Part shown: positions 41,558-56,475 of the stretch, piece after piece
Numbering within the stretch: position 1 is the first letter of the stretch
Layout of the letters: each line of letters starts with the position of its first letter
Origin: Octopus vulgaris
Taxonomy: Eukaryota
Assembly: GCA_951406725.2 (NCBI GenBank)
Contig: OX597814.1
Coordinates: 196,788,001-196,852,000, forward strand
Direction: 5' to 3'
DNA length: 64,000 nt
Notes under the pieces: model-generated
The model's database searches: none
What the model was told of the DNA's origin: nothing
What the model saw: only the letters and a program-made list of their open reading frames with translations
Position numbers and translations under genes: made by a program

Positions 41558-41983
41558 CTCTTGTTTCTAGCATGACTCTTGTTTCCTGAAACCTCAGTCA
41601 CTGTGAGTGGGAAGTGAATTTTTCTGCTTGGATTTTATATTGCGTCTACCCACCTTTATCATTTTATGATTTCCACATTACCAATTTGCTGAATCAGCCA
41701 TTAATTCTTATGGTAAATTCTATATACTGACAGGAAGCATTTCGCTTAACCATCAGCGGTGGAGTAGTACTACGAATGACTTTTAATTCCTAGCGAAATT
41801 GGCCTCCAGTGTAGTACCCTCGCTCGCTGTGGAGCGATTAGCTACCTCTCAGTAAAGACTTTTGAGATATGCTTCAGGTTTTGAACGTCATTGACTGTTG
41901 TTTCTAGCAACATAGATGCTTTCCTGCACCCCCTGTCACTATCAGGGACAATTGCTTTTATATATATATATATGCCATACATA

Positions 41984-42065
<82 letters not shown>

Positions 42066-42086
42066 TTTAATTTATTATATAGAAGG

Positions 42087-42137
42087 AGCTTCTACAGGAC
42101 TAGTACTGTTTCATTCAAGAGAAATCTTCAGGAAGCT
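42087..42137 (-). ncRNA. Type I hammerhead ribozyme candidate with three stems
   Basis: AGCTTC-CTGAAGA-TTTC TCTT GAAT-GAA-ACAG TACTAGTC CTGT-A-GAAGCT; GUA cleavage between 42093 and 42092. Confidence 0.75.
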
Positions 42138-42460
42138 ATTTAACAAGAATTGTATTAGCATTTATACATTTAGGCAGGTTTAAAGGAGTGGTGGTGGGGG
42201 ACTTTTTGGGGGTAGGCATAGCGCAAAATATCATACTTGGGGGAGTGGTCAAGGAGTCAGTGGTAAGTTAGATGAAAGAATAGATAAATAAAAAAATAAA
42301 AAAATAAAAAATAAAAAAAGAAAATAAATAAAAAAATAAAAAAATAAAAAATATAAAAAATATATATAAAAATATATATATAAAATATATATATAAAAAA
42401 ATATATATATAAAAAAAGGGGGATAGAGTTATAGGTAAATAAGGAGATTCTCACTTATAC

Positions 42461-42522
42461 CTATACACACATGTATACGTATCTACACACACATACATAC
42501 ATACACATATATATACACACAC

Positions 42523-42561
<39 letters not shown>

Positions 42562-43453
42562 TATATACATATACATATACACACATACATACATATCTAC
42601 ATACACACATACATACACCCGCCCACATATACAAATTTATACACATGCACATGCCTATACCTGTCTACACATACACACACGTATATATGCATACACTCAC
42701 TCCCATGCATGCACGCATACACACATGTATATATATATATATATATATACCCACGACCACACATACATATATACACATAAAAATATATATTCATACGCAC
42801 ATACACTCATGCACACACAACACACCTAGTTCCCTATATACACATATTTACACCTATATATACACATACACCCACATACACCTATGTACACATATATATA
42901 TATAAACATATACACGCATACATATATATACATGTGTGCACATACATACATACACACATATATACATACACATACACATACACATGTGTTCCTATACATA
43001 CCTACACATACACACATACATACATACAAATATACATATACATATATATATATACAATCCAATACAGGCCCATTCCCTAATTTTAATTTTATTATCTTCA
43101 TTTATTACTTTTGTTATCTTTGATCGCTAGGGCTAAGAATCCTGGCAATGGCTGCATGTCCATTTGTCTGTCTACTAGAAGGCAAGTACTCATTCCCGCA
43201 CGCACACTCATTAGCACGTACATTCACCCATTCGTACACTCATACACATACACGTACGCACGCGTTATATTCATACATACAAACATCTACATACGTTCAC
43301 GTATATACACATACGTACTCGTACCTACAGATTCGTGTCTACACTTTAGGAGGCTAGTCTATACATATACACCAATAAATATACATATATATATATATAT
43401 ACCCGCATATACATACACACACACACATATATACTCCTACATACAGATACATA

Positions 43454-43511
<58 letters not shown>

Positions 43512-44001
43512 CATACACATACACACATACATATACACACACATACATACACATATATATACATACACAAACATATATACACACATATATATATACATAC
43601 ACACATACACACATACATACGTATACATACATACATACATCCATACATCCATACTTACATGCATTTATACGCATACACACACCCATCTATATATATGTAT
43701 ATATATATATATATATATATACACACTCACACATACATATACAAATCTACGCACACACATACATACATACACGTATACGCATACACGCACATACACATAT
43801 ACATGCGTACCCATACACGTGCACACACGCACGCGCATCCATATATATACACACACACACATATATATACACGTGTGCAAGCATACATACATACTCATAC
43901 GCGCACACATACTTACAAATACATATATGCACACACTTACACACATATATATACATACACATATACATGCATACATACATATATGCATACATACACACAC
44001 G

Positions 44002-44053
<52 letters not shown>

Positions 44054-44110
44054 TATACATATATAGATATATATACACATACATACACATACACATACAT
44101 ACACACATAT

Positions 44111-44153
<43 letters not shown>

Positions 44154-44360
44154 TACATATATACACATATACATACATATACATACACACACACATACAT
44201 ATATACATATACACTGATACACATACCCATACATACACATGCATATACTTATATCACTACATACTCACATATATAAACATATATACATATACACACATAC
44301 ATATATACATGTACATACACATACGTATGCATATATATATATATATACATATATATACAC

Positions 44361-44397
<37 letters not shown>

Positions 44398-44655
44398 TAC
44401 ATATACACATATACATGTATACATACGCAAAAATGATACACATATATACACATACACACACACAGACAGATGCATATACATACATATATATATATAAACT
44501 ACATATCTATATAAATACATACATAATACACATATACACACACATATATATACATTCATGCATATACATATACAAGTATACATACACATACATACACACA
44601 CACGCGCACACATACATATACACACACACATATACAAATACATACATACACACAT

Positions 44656-44690
<35 letters not shown>

Positions 44691-44725
44691 CATACATGTA
44701 CGCATATACATATGTATATATATAT
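42461..44725. repeat. ~2.3-kb compound (CA)/(TA)/(CATA) simple-repeat field
   Basis: Direct inspection; accounts for the long Y/I/H/T ORFs. Confidence 0.95.
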
Positions 44726-45058
44726 CAACAAGGGAGGGTAAAGTTAATTAGTTATTAATCAATTTCATCAAGTGTTCAGTATGTAAAGGGACCATTATTA
44801 TTTTGAGTAAACAATGTTAGAGGGAAAAAAATTCTCTAAGTAGTGGAAGAGGCTAAAAACTTTATTGGCTGCTATTTCTAGAAAGTTTAGTATGTGGCAA
44901 AGTAATTTATTTTATTTTCCTAAGCCCTAATTATATAATATTTTATACATACATACACATACATAAGCACATACATTTACACATACATATGCATATACAT
45001 ATATACACATATACATACAAACACATATACACATATACACACACACACACATACAAGC

Positions 45059-45103
<45 letters not shown>

Positions 45104-45249
45104 AATATATATACATATATATTTTTACATGCATACATACACACACACACACATAATACATGCGTATATTCCTACTGTACCCATGCATTTCTATACATAT
45201 ATACATACATACATACGATACACATATACAAGCGTGCACATATAATATG

Positions 45250-45568
45250 TGAAAGGTCTTAGGAGAAAAGGTAATCGGGGGTGCTAGGGGAACAGTGGGG
45301 TTGGGGGGGTTGTAGGGGGGTTGTAGGGGGGTTGTAGGGGGGGTTGTCATCAATCAGGTTGCCGGTTAGGTCTATAGTTCTTGTAGTTCGCATACTTCTT
45401 ATGCATGCAATTTGGGGAGTGTTCTGAAAATTTGTTAAGGAGAGGGCCTTTGGCGAACAAGATCTCTAGGCTCTCTGATATGCATAGGTCACAGCAGGTA
45501 TGTCCTCCTGTGTACGAGCGCGCCTTCTGTAGTAGTTTCCACTTGGTCTTGAAGGGGATTGAGTTCCT
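45250..45568 (-). pseudogene. Penelope-like element GIY-YIG endonuclease C-terminus plus C-rich 3' UTR
   Basis: KWKLLQKARSY....CDLCISESLEIL...LLNKFSE...CMHKK matches the PLE pattern W..I...Y..C.LC..E..I..LLN..SE..C.H; stop at 45350. Confidence 0.8.
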
Positions 45569-45573
45569 TATAT

Positions 45574-45610
<37 letters not shown>

Positions 45611-45640
45611 AATATGTAGGTCCCGGGTTGATATAATAAA

Positions 45641-45692
<52 letters not shown>

Positions 45693-45696
<4 letters not shown>

Positions 45697-45926
45697 ATTT
45701 AGGAATGGTCATGTTGCCAGTTTAGCCAATAAAAACACACGCATTATATATTTGGTGTTAATTTGCTTCACCTTTATTTATTTTTTACATTAATTTTAAT
45801 TTTAATGGCCGAAATATGATTAAGATAAATGTAAAAAATAAATAAAGGTGAAGCAAATTAACACCAAATATATAGTGCGCGTGTTTTTATTGGCTAAACT
45901 GGCAAAATGACCATTCTTAAATACAA
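45693..45926. repeat. ~100-bp-arm inverted repeat
   Basis: 45693-45791 is the reverse complement of 45828-45926 with few mismatches. Confidence 0.9.
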
Positions 45927-46341
45927 CATCTGTTTCAACACACGATTTCACATCAAGAATCTTGCAAAACAAATATGTAAACGTAGTAATTATATAATTA
46001 TAGATATTGTAATTGTTTCTTTTATTCTGTTATAAGCCTTAGTTGTGGCTATTCTCTACGTATTTTAACTTTCGAGATTAGACGCAGGAGTCGCTGTGTT
46101 GTAAGTAGATTGCTAACCTGTGATTTTTTGGCGGTGAGTCAAACGTTTTGTTGAACGCTGGATAATTTTTTCTGTTGGAATCGTTGACCGCTTATTGTTG
46201 AACATTTTCGAACTGTTGAACATTGTTGAACTTAGAAACTTTGAAAATTTTTGTGCTTTTTCCCGGTGACGGGAGAAAGTAATTGTTTGTGTAAAGCCAT
46301 TTTTGCAGTTGTGAATTGTTGAAATATTGAACTTATTAAAA

Positions 46342-46740
46342 CCGTTGTAGGCTTTATTGTCGTGCCCTCCCCCAGCGAGGGTGGGATTTAAACTGTTATC
46401 CTCATTAAGTGGAAAAAAATATTATAGGTTTCCCGTTTTTTGGGATAATTTATTAGTTTGTGAAAAATTAAATTTTAGCCGTTGTAGGGTCTATTGTGGC
46501 ACCCGCCCCTAGCGGGGGTGAGATTTGAACTGTTGTCCTCGTTGTGAGGGAAAAACATATTATAGGTTTCCCGTATTTTTAAGGATACGGTATTTTTATT
46601 ATTGTGTGAAAAAATTTAATTTCGAACGTTGTAGGCTTTGTTGCTACGTCTCACCCCCCAGCGGGGGTGGGATTTGAACGGTTGTCCTCGTTGAGAGGGA
46701 AAAAAGTAAAAAATTATAGGTTTCCCATTTTCTGGAATTA
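46342..46740 (+). repeat. Three ~140-bp monomers upstream of a LINE ORF1
   Basis: CGTTGTAGG...CCCC.AGCG.GGGTG.GATTT.AAC...ATTATAGGTTTCCC at 46343, 46480, 46627. Confidence 0.85.
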
Positions 46741-46769
46741 AATTGTGTATAAATTTATTTCGAACGAAT

Positions 46770-47280
46770 ATGTCGGTCGAAATAATTTCAGAGAAAACTT
46801 CACTGGAAGAGCGAGTTAAGAAATTTTCAGTAGTTACCGCGGTGGCTACTGAAAACGTCGAACTACCAAAGGAAAAGCTCTCAGAGCTCTTTGAAAAAAT
46901 GAAAGAAGAGGGGGTTGATATAAAAATATCATCATCACCTAGTGTTGAAAAATTGAAAAGAAGGACAGTTGTTTGCAAAACATATTGTCCTTCAACAAAG
47001 AAATTTAAGCTCTTTGAGCAGTGCAAAATTGAAAAATGTCTGGCTCCCATATGGGAATTCATAAAGTATATAACGAGGGGCTGTACTTATGGCACAATAG
47101 AGGCCAGATTTGAAACAGAAATAAAAGCCCAAGTGCTTCCGTGCGGCATTACCTGTGCGTGATAAACTGTCAAAGCACGGGAGTGCCGTCTCGCCGACAT
47201 GACCGAGGTGCGGGCCGGACAGTTGATGTAAGGGAGGTGATGGCCTTGCACGAATTTGTGGAATGTCCGGAATTAACGGA
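46770..47280 (+). pseudogene. Probable internally deleted L1/Tx1-like LINE (ORF1 N-terminus joined to ORF2 zinc-finger remnant)
   Basis: Non-repetitive ORF MSVEIISEK...EARFETE, then LPVRDKLSKHG...P.*PRC resembling the Tx1 C-terminal zinc finger. Confidence 0.55.
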
Positions 47281-47365
47281 CCGCTCAGTGACGGGGACGT
47301 AAGCACACCAGCATCGGTTGTCAAGCGATGTTGGGGGGACAAGCACAAGCACACAAACACACACT

Positions 47366-47471
<106 letters not shown>

Positions 47472-47564
47472 GCTATTTGGGAATATTGAGTATCGAAGCA
47501 CATCCAATGACCCTATAGATGATATGCAAATATTTACACCCTTATATCTACAGCTTTACGCACC

Positions 47565-47775
47565 CGACGAGGTGACAAAATCGTTAGCACCCTGGGAAAA
47601 TGCTTCGTGACTTTTTACCAGCTTTTACATTTTGAGTTCAAATTCCGCCGAGGTGAACTTTGCATTTCATCGCTTTCGGGGGTCAATTTAATTGAGTATC
47701 AGTTGAGAACTAGGGGGTCAATGTAATCGACTTACCCTTCCACATAAATTGTTGGTCTTGTACCAAATTTCGAAA
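47565..47775 (+). mobile_element. SINE family B, diverged
   Basis: GAGTTCAAATTCCGCCGAGGTGAACTTTGCATTTCATC. Confidence 0.8.
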
Positions 47776-47935
47776 GGAAGTTTTTAGCTTCGTACACCCT
47801 TCACCGAAAACGCAATATTTCGAAAGAAGAATTATTTCACGTTCTCTCAAAATTAATAAATTCTAATGAAATATTTTACAGATATATGAGTGTATACACA
47901 CATACACAAAGCTCTGTCTGGGCAAAATTATTATA

Positions 47936-48317
47936 CAGTAGAACCTCGTAGTACGAGTGCACCATTGTACGAGTAATTTCCTGTACGAGCTGAGACATGT
48001 GCGAATTTTTGTCTTGACGTACGAGCGGAAATCCGCAGTACGGGCACACAAATCTTCCCATTTTTAAGATAATTCAGTTACTAAAACCGGTTTTCATATT
48101 TCTTTTTCATTCTCTTTTCTATAATTGTCATTTTACTTGTAACTACACAATTTCTGTTTTAAAACCTACAAAACTATATTTTTGAATGGTTTTGCGCAGC
48201 TGGAACGGATTAATATTTTAGTTAATTTAAATGGTGAAAATTCATTTATAAAACGAGTAAATCGTAAGACGAGCTCGGCCGTGGAACGAATTAAGCTCAT
48301 AATACGACGTATCAGTG
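47936..48317. mobile_element. Tigger/pogo-like MITE
   Basis: TA|CAGTAGAACCTCGTAGTACGAG left end, repeated TACGAG motifs, GGAACGGATTAA subterminal motif, degenerate right TIR. Confidence 0.6.
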
Positions 48318-48744
48318 CACTTTATAACAAAAACCTGTGTCCAGTCGAATATCGGTTCAGGGTTTGTTGAGGTTCTCTTTCATTCCCACCATATTTGTCG
48401 CATTATTTTCTATCATACAATTCCCATGAACAAACTGGTGTTTGATACAAATATATTACCATCTCTTAATAGTGGTGTTGAGGCACTTTAAAAATAACAT
48501 TACCATAAAAATGCTTGCCCACATCCACCCATTTCTAACCCAATACACAAATTGTTTCTATATATAAACACAATTTTATATAACTTTTAGAGGAATCTTT
48601 ATCGGGGATGGTGAGTGGGGGGAGGTGGCAGATGCTTGCCTTCCAAATTATTTTGTTGTTGATTTGATTGTATTTTATAGGCCTTTGATCTATTGTGTCT
48701 TTGTCTGCATTCTCCATTCTCTACGTTCTCTGCGTTCATGCATA

Positions 48745-48784
<40 letters not shown>

Positions 48785-48980
48785 TACATATATATATAAT
48801 TATGTATGTATATGTCTATATATATGCATTATATATATGGGTGTGTCTGTATATATATATACATATATTATATTATATTTTATATGTATGTACATAGAAA
48901 TATACATACACCATGTATATTATATTTTATACATATATTCATTACAAACACGCACATACACATACATATACATACATGCG

Positions 48981-49017
<37 letters not shown>

Positions 49018-49929
49018 GTAGATAGATAGATAGATACATATATACATACAAACATATATATATATATATACATATATACATACGTACGTACGTACATATA
49101 TAAGCACATTGGAAGCTATATCCGTATACTGAAATGCTTGCATTAACACATGTTTGAAGAGATACCACTTAAAGTCACGTTGTTACCCCCATCACACTCA
49201 AAACACATTTCATTCTCTCGTGCAAAGCCTTTTGCTCACTTCCATATTCATTTATGACATCAAGAAAATAGCATAAAATAAACCAACCTTAAAAAAAAAG
49301 AAACATTAACGCCAAAATCTTGAACAAAAATCGCTCAAAATGGCATCAATATAAACTTAATAGTAGATGCAATATTATAAATAACAAAACACATCGACAA
49401 ACCTGAACTGAAGTACATCCACTGTATTTAAAATGTTGAACATAAAGCCTCATCTTGTTCTCTTTTTTTTTTTCGACTAAACATGTAAACACACAACACG
49501 CGACTCGATGTTTATAACAAACCGTTAGAGCTTCGTATAAAAGGGACACCCAATAAAATATGTGTGCAATGAATAATAGACGAATGGTGCTCAAGACAAA
49601 CGAATAAGTCAAGCAGCGTTTGTTCGGGGTATTTATTTATTGATATATTTTCTTTGAAATAAGAAGAAAAAAAATTAAAGCAAAGAAACATTTAGAGAAT
49701 GATGTATAAATATATTTACTCTTTCGGGCTTAAATGCTTCTTTTCTTACCATGAATTTATAAACAGAGGGAAAATCGTTCTTATCAACGTAGAGTAATTC
49801 TCAAAAAACACTGTTAGTATATATTTATGTATTTAGTTATTTGTACATTTATTTATTCAATTTTCTCCCCACAACCATTTTTCACTCTATTCAGTGTATC
49901 ACATGATCACAACAACGACGATGATGCTC

Positions 49930-50462
<533 letters not shown>

Positions 50463-50893
50463 AATTTGTGTTCTAAAAGCTTTCGCTAAATAACGGTAGA
50501 CGTTTAAAAGATTTATTCTTTTATAATGGAACCCCCACCCCACCCGAATACTAACGTTTTTTCCTTGGTGAAGGTCGACTTCAATTTGTCGTTCGGTTTT
50601 CATAGCAATAAATATAAAAACACACCCAGACACACACATATACATGTACATACACAGGGACATACATGTATATATACGCACATGTACATTTATAATATTC
50701 TTTCGTATATATATATATATATGTGTATGTGTGTTTATATATATATATGTGTGTGTGTGCGTGCACGTGTGTGTGTATTTAACAGTATACTTTTTATATG
50801 TTTGTGTGAGAATATGTGTGCATGTATAAATGCATATATGTGATATATATGTGTGTGTGTATGTATATATACGTATATATATATATATGCGCG

Positions 50894-50928
<35 letters not shown>

Positions 50929-51081
50929 TGAGAGAGAGATAGATTGATAGATACTTATATATATATATATATATATACACATACATATATACATATATAG
51001 TATATAACCGTACGTGTATATTTCATATATATATATACATATGCATATATACATATATATATAAACTTATTTGTATATTTC

Positions 51082-51113
<32 letters not shown>

Positions 51114-51734
51114 ATGTATATATGTATGTATATATATATACATACATATATACATACATGTTTGTATATATATATATTTATAGTTAGTTATGCATGCATA
51201 TATATGCATATATATATATATATAGTTTTTATGTGTGTGTGTATGTAGTTACATAGTTGTTTATTAAACATATACGTACGAATATTTGCACACACTGGCA
51301 CTCTCACACACATACAGACACACACAAACATATATACACACAGACTGAATAACTGAAAGATGGAGAGAGAGAGAAAGAGGTAGAGAAGGAGAGAGATATC
51401 CATATTATTAACGTTTAGAAGGAAAACCATAACCAAGCTCATATAACCGAGCATCATTATCAAATTATTACTTTTCTTTTTTCCCAATCCACAGTGGAAC
51501 ATTGTTAGAAGGGTCTACACAAATACTGTGCCATGACAAGCATCATTAAATCAATGTTTCATGGAGGAAGGGTTGTTTTTTATTTTTATTTTTTTTATTT
51601 TTATTTTTATTTTATTTTTTTGTAATTTCTTTTCTTCACAAATCAGAATGTGATTATCATCACTGTCGAAGAAGCGAATCCGTCTAGTCTCTTCACCTGC
51701 AAGAATTTGGCACCAAATCTTTTAAAACTTGAAC

Positions 51735-51995
51735 AATGATGATGATCATCATCATCGTGATCATCATCAGCATCAGCATCATCATCATCATTAACAGCAG
51801 CAGCCGTGATCGTAGCCATAGAAGTTGTCACTGCAGCGGCAGTACTTGTATGGTCATCGACTTTACCAACAATGCCGTGGCTATCACCGCTTTCATTGGC
51901 ATCATCATCGCCAGCACCACTACCACCACCACTGTTATCGCGTCATCACCACCATCGCTGCTACCACCAAAACCGTCGCCCCCGTTATCGCCGTT
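51735..51995. repeat. Degenerate (CAT)/(CAC)/(CAG) triplet low-complexity tract
   Basis: Direct inspection. Confidence 0.75.
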
Positions 51996-52109
51996 CTTGT
52001 AATATTGCTTGTTCTACCCAATACCATTTTTATCACTAATATATCACTAGTTATAATTATGTATAGTGTTTGTTCGTTTCGATGTTTCTGCATGTTATTT
52101 TTCCTACTG

Positions 52110-52162
<53 letters not shown>

Positions 52163-52184
52163 CCTTCTACTGTATTCATAGTAT

Positions 52185-52305
52185 TTCTTATTTCTTTATT
52201 GCCCACAAAGGGCTAAACGTAGAGGAGACAAACAAGAACAGACAGAGGGATTAAGTCGATTACATCGACCCCAGTGTGTAACTGGTACTTAATTTATCGA
52301 CTCCG
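52185..52305 (-). mobile_element. SINE family B, 3' fragment
   Basis: TATTTCTTTATTGCCCACAAAGGGCTAAAC...CTGGTACTTAATTTATCGAC. Confidence 0.8.
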
Positions 52306-52896
52306 ATCGGTAGTACTGTTTGCTCTAAGTACTGTTTAATACTGTTGGCTTCGGTAGAAATGGAGGCGAAGTCTACATAATTCACTTAGTTTCTAATTTA
52401 CTTTATTATTTCTACACTGCCACTAGTACTACATAATTTTTGTCATTGATTCCTATCCAAGTACTAGCTTCCTGTTTATGCAGTATCCCATCCTTGTGAT
52501 ACTAAGTATAGTGATAGCGTTGCTTCGTTATCTGTTCTTATCTTACAAGACATCGCCTATTGTAGTTTCACTGCTATTCACGGTTATCTGAACATATTTC
52601 TCTGTAATATTAACAAGCCAATAGTCTTCTTACAAAATATTTTCTCATGTCACTGTTATTTGATCTAGATATAATTAAAAACATTGTAGCGTTAACTATT
52701 CTGTTATTTTTCAGGCATAACATAACTAAGACTGAATTATCAAATGTGTTAGGAAAATGGAAGGATTAGTCTTACAAATCGAGCCCGGTAGTTATATTAA
52801 GACTGGTATTCATTTTATCAGTCACTTTTGTCGAACATCTAAGTTGCAGAAGATTAAAGAATACTAGAACTGGTTGTCAAGCAGTGCTATATATAT

Positions 52897-53076
<180 letters not shown>

Positions 53077-53153
53077 ATATTAGGGAATAAATCCAAATTT
53101 ACAGGGAAAAATCAGATTTAGGATTGAATCCAATTTTATAGTAAAATATAATA

Positions 53154-53372
53154 TAATATTAATTAGAGACGAAACCACTATTATGCAAATCAAACAAAGA
53201 ACGACTTAATCCAATACATAAAAAATTTTATATAAATTAAATTAAATTAATATATCCACTACGATCGTACTGGATATATTAATTTTATTTAATTTATATA
53301 AAATTTTTATGTATTGGATTAAGTCTTTCTTTGTTTGATTTGCATAATAGTGGTTTTGTCTCTAATTAATAT

Positions 53373-53374
<2 letters not shown>
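53154..53374. repeat. Spacer-less ~220-bp palindrome centred on ACGATCGT
   Basis: Arms of ~110 bp nearly perfectly complementary; centre at 53264/53265. Confidence 0.92.
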
Positions 53375-53417
<43 letters not shown>

Positions 53418-53418
53418 T

Positions 53419-53449
<31 letters not shown>

Positions 53450-54171
53450 GCATGTATATATATGGGGTCGACTAGTTCGACTAAATATTCCGCAAGATGG
53501 TGCCCTCAGGCATGGACACAGTGAAATGACAGAAACATGTAAAAGAATAAAAACCAAAAGAAAGTATATATGTCTGCCTCTGTGTGTGTGTGTATGTGTG
53601 TGTGCCTGTCTGTCCGTATGTATGAAAACAAGGGATTAGAAAATATTTTCGTATTACTTATTCACCGTTGCACCTTAGTCTACCAATTTTATAATAGCTT
53701 AATATAATGACTCTTTACTTACACATATTTTACATGGACATTATTTAACGCTGCTTTTTTCAATATTGGCAATTATTAAATGGGTTGCTTAAATAACATA
53801 AGGTTGCCATTGCAATTTCTTCTCACGGAATTTTATAGATTACCAGTACAGAAGTAAGTAATATTTATGTTAATAACAAATTTAGTTACATCTCTTTAGA
53901 AAACTTAAGAAAATGTTAGTAATATTGTATGCTACATCCAAGTAGTTGGGAGAAGAAAACGTGATCATATTACAATTGCACAATGTTCTATGATTTCTCG
54001 GGTTTTACAAGCAATAGCACTCTTTTTCAAAGCACTGTGATAATAGGTAGCTGCTTGATTAAATACTCTTTTTTTTTTTTTGAGGAAACATTTCAAATGC
54101 CACAGCTAATATTATTCTCTATAGTAACCAGCATGCCACTACAGAAAAGTCACTTGCTGGTCCCTTTTTAA

Positions 54172-54362
54172 TAAGATGGTGAGCTGGCAGAATCGATAGC
54201 ACGCCGAGCAAAATCCTTAGAGGAATCTTGTCTGGTTTTACGATCAGAGTTCAAATTCTGCCTATGTCGATTTTACCTTTCATCCTTTCAGGTCGATAAA
54301 ATAAGTACCATTTGAACACTAGCGTCGACGTAATTTGTGGCCTTTTACCAAAATTTGAAACC
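54172..54362 (+). mobile_element. SINE family B, diverged
   Basis: GGTGAGCTGGCAGAATCG...TTTCATCCTTTCAGGTCGATAAAATAAGTACC. Confidence 0.8.
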
Positions 54363-55204
54363 AATATTATTCCCTAAATACTTTACGAATACAGAATAAT
54401 GATAGAAGGACTCATTTGTTTCGTTTGACTCCCTGTAAAAGTTATGCTTACCTGTAGTTAATTGTAGAGTAATATTCTAAAATGTAACAATATTCATATC
54501 AGTAATAATTAATTCTCAAAGTAAACACTTTGAATGTGTCAAGAAGGTCTCTGTTATCCCTTCCTTCAGTTATTTGTTTCAGATGCAATGTGGTCGTAAG
54601 CATATGACGGTACCCTATCGACACGCCTAACCTTTGATTCAACAGAGAAAGCAGAAGAGAGAAAATTTTGCTCGAGTACTAAGCATGTTCTAATTTTTAG
54701 TTCAGGATACTAGACTAATATGAAATGAAGTGCCTTTCCCAGGGATACAACACGCTGCTTGATCAAAAATCTGAACCCTGGTCTTATATTTGTGAGGCAA
54801 AGACCCTAAACACCAGACAACGCACAATCTCTTTATGTAATTGGTAGATAAATCTTACTCAAATTATGAAAACTTGATATAGAAAGGAGAGAAACATTGG
54901 TGGTTGTATTATTCTTGGACAGATCGAGCTTAAAAAATATAGTGAGCAAGCCATGCGATTAATGTTTTAGGTCGTAGGCATATATGACTGATCAGAGATA
55001 ATATGGAGCTCAGCAGCCATTCATTTTAGTATTAAGTTACGAGTCCGGTCGAGCGGGTTGAAATAGAATCAAATCTACATATCGCATATATCCTTAAAAC
55101 TACTCCCATTTAGGATTGAATAACACTGAAAACAACGAGAAATGATTGTCACAAGCAGAGGGAATTTGTTCATTAGTCCACTCAGTTAAGGCTGATGTGA
55201 AAAT

Positions 55205-55247
<43 letters not shown>

Positions 55248-56102
55248 GTAACAACGCCAGCAACTACTTTAAACTAACAACCATTTCTAATCAAGTCCGT
55301 TGCAATGTTATCTAACCCCTATATGCAATATTCATGAAAAGTGTTATGTGCCGTGAAGAGAGGTGAGTCCTGACGATCAAGGATGGCCCTTCCTCGATAG
55401 CCTTGAAGAAGAAAAAAAAATCTACATGAAAATTGCAAACTGTAATTTCAACGTCCTCTTTAGAGGCCCGTTTTATTTCCATGCAAGAGACCAACATACA
55501 TACAGAACGACGAAAAGATGGCATAAATTTCTCTCATTCCCGTTCATCAGTGTAAAATGATATAATTCAGACAAGATGGCGTAAAACAACTCATTATGTG
55601 TCTCATCAGATATTTCTCGAAAGCAAATCATTATAAAACGTGCAGTGATTTCGTTTAAAACCGTTCTAATTGAATTACGAAGCAACTCTACTCAAGTTTA
55701 GTACAATATTGAAAGAAAGCATATATTGCACATGGCATAAATGTGAAGAGATACAGTTAGCTGGAAATGTCAGCCGTCGCTTTTTCATCGCTGTTTTGGA
55801 ATTGCGCACAGCAGAAGCGAACGTTAGGTTTAATTAGTAGGAAAATCAATATGAATCAGTAAAGTTTCAATAATCCTTCAAGAATTGCTGCTTTAAACTT
55901 TTTGCTGTTTTTACTTTATTTCTCAGGTGACAGTCATTTGCAGACTCACATTCATTCAAGGACACTACAAGCATACGAGAACAATGATACGTATACATAC
56001 ATACAAACATACATGCATACATACATACATACATACATACATACATACATACATACATACATACATACATACATACATACATACGTTCGTACGTACGTAC
56101 AT

Positions 56103-56133
<31 letters not shown>

Positions 56134-56225
56134 TATATATATATTTACATATATTATTTAGATACGCATAAACATAGGTTGATAATCACATGCTCACATG
56201 CACTCACTCACACAGACACACACAA

Positions 56226-56331
<106 letters not shown>

Positions 56332-56415
56332 ACACATAGATTTCGGGAACATCTTTTCATTTTGTAACAGTGCAATTTTTGCGTCTTTATATACATACAT
56401 ACATACATACATACA

Positions 56416-56475
<60 letters not shown>

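Noticed and set aside
43111-44217. 368-aa ORF and the other long Y/I/H/T/V/C-rich ORFs
   Set aside because: Translations of (CA)/(TA) simple repeats
55260-55995. Possible host exons (AG|GTGAGT near 55362, TTTCTCAG near 55926)
   Set aside because: Isolated splice-like motifs with no recognisable protein; needs RNA-seq
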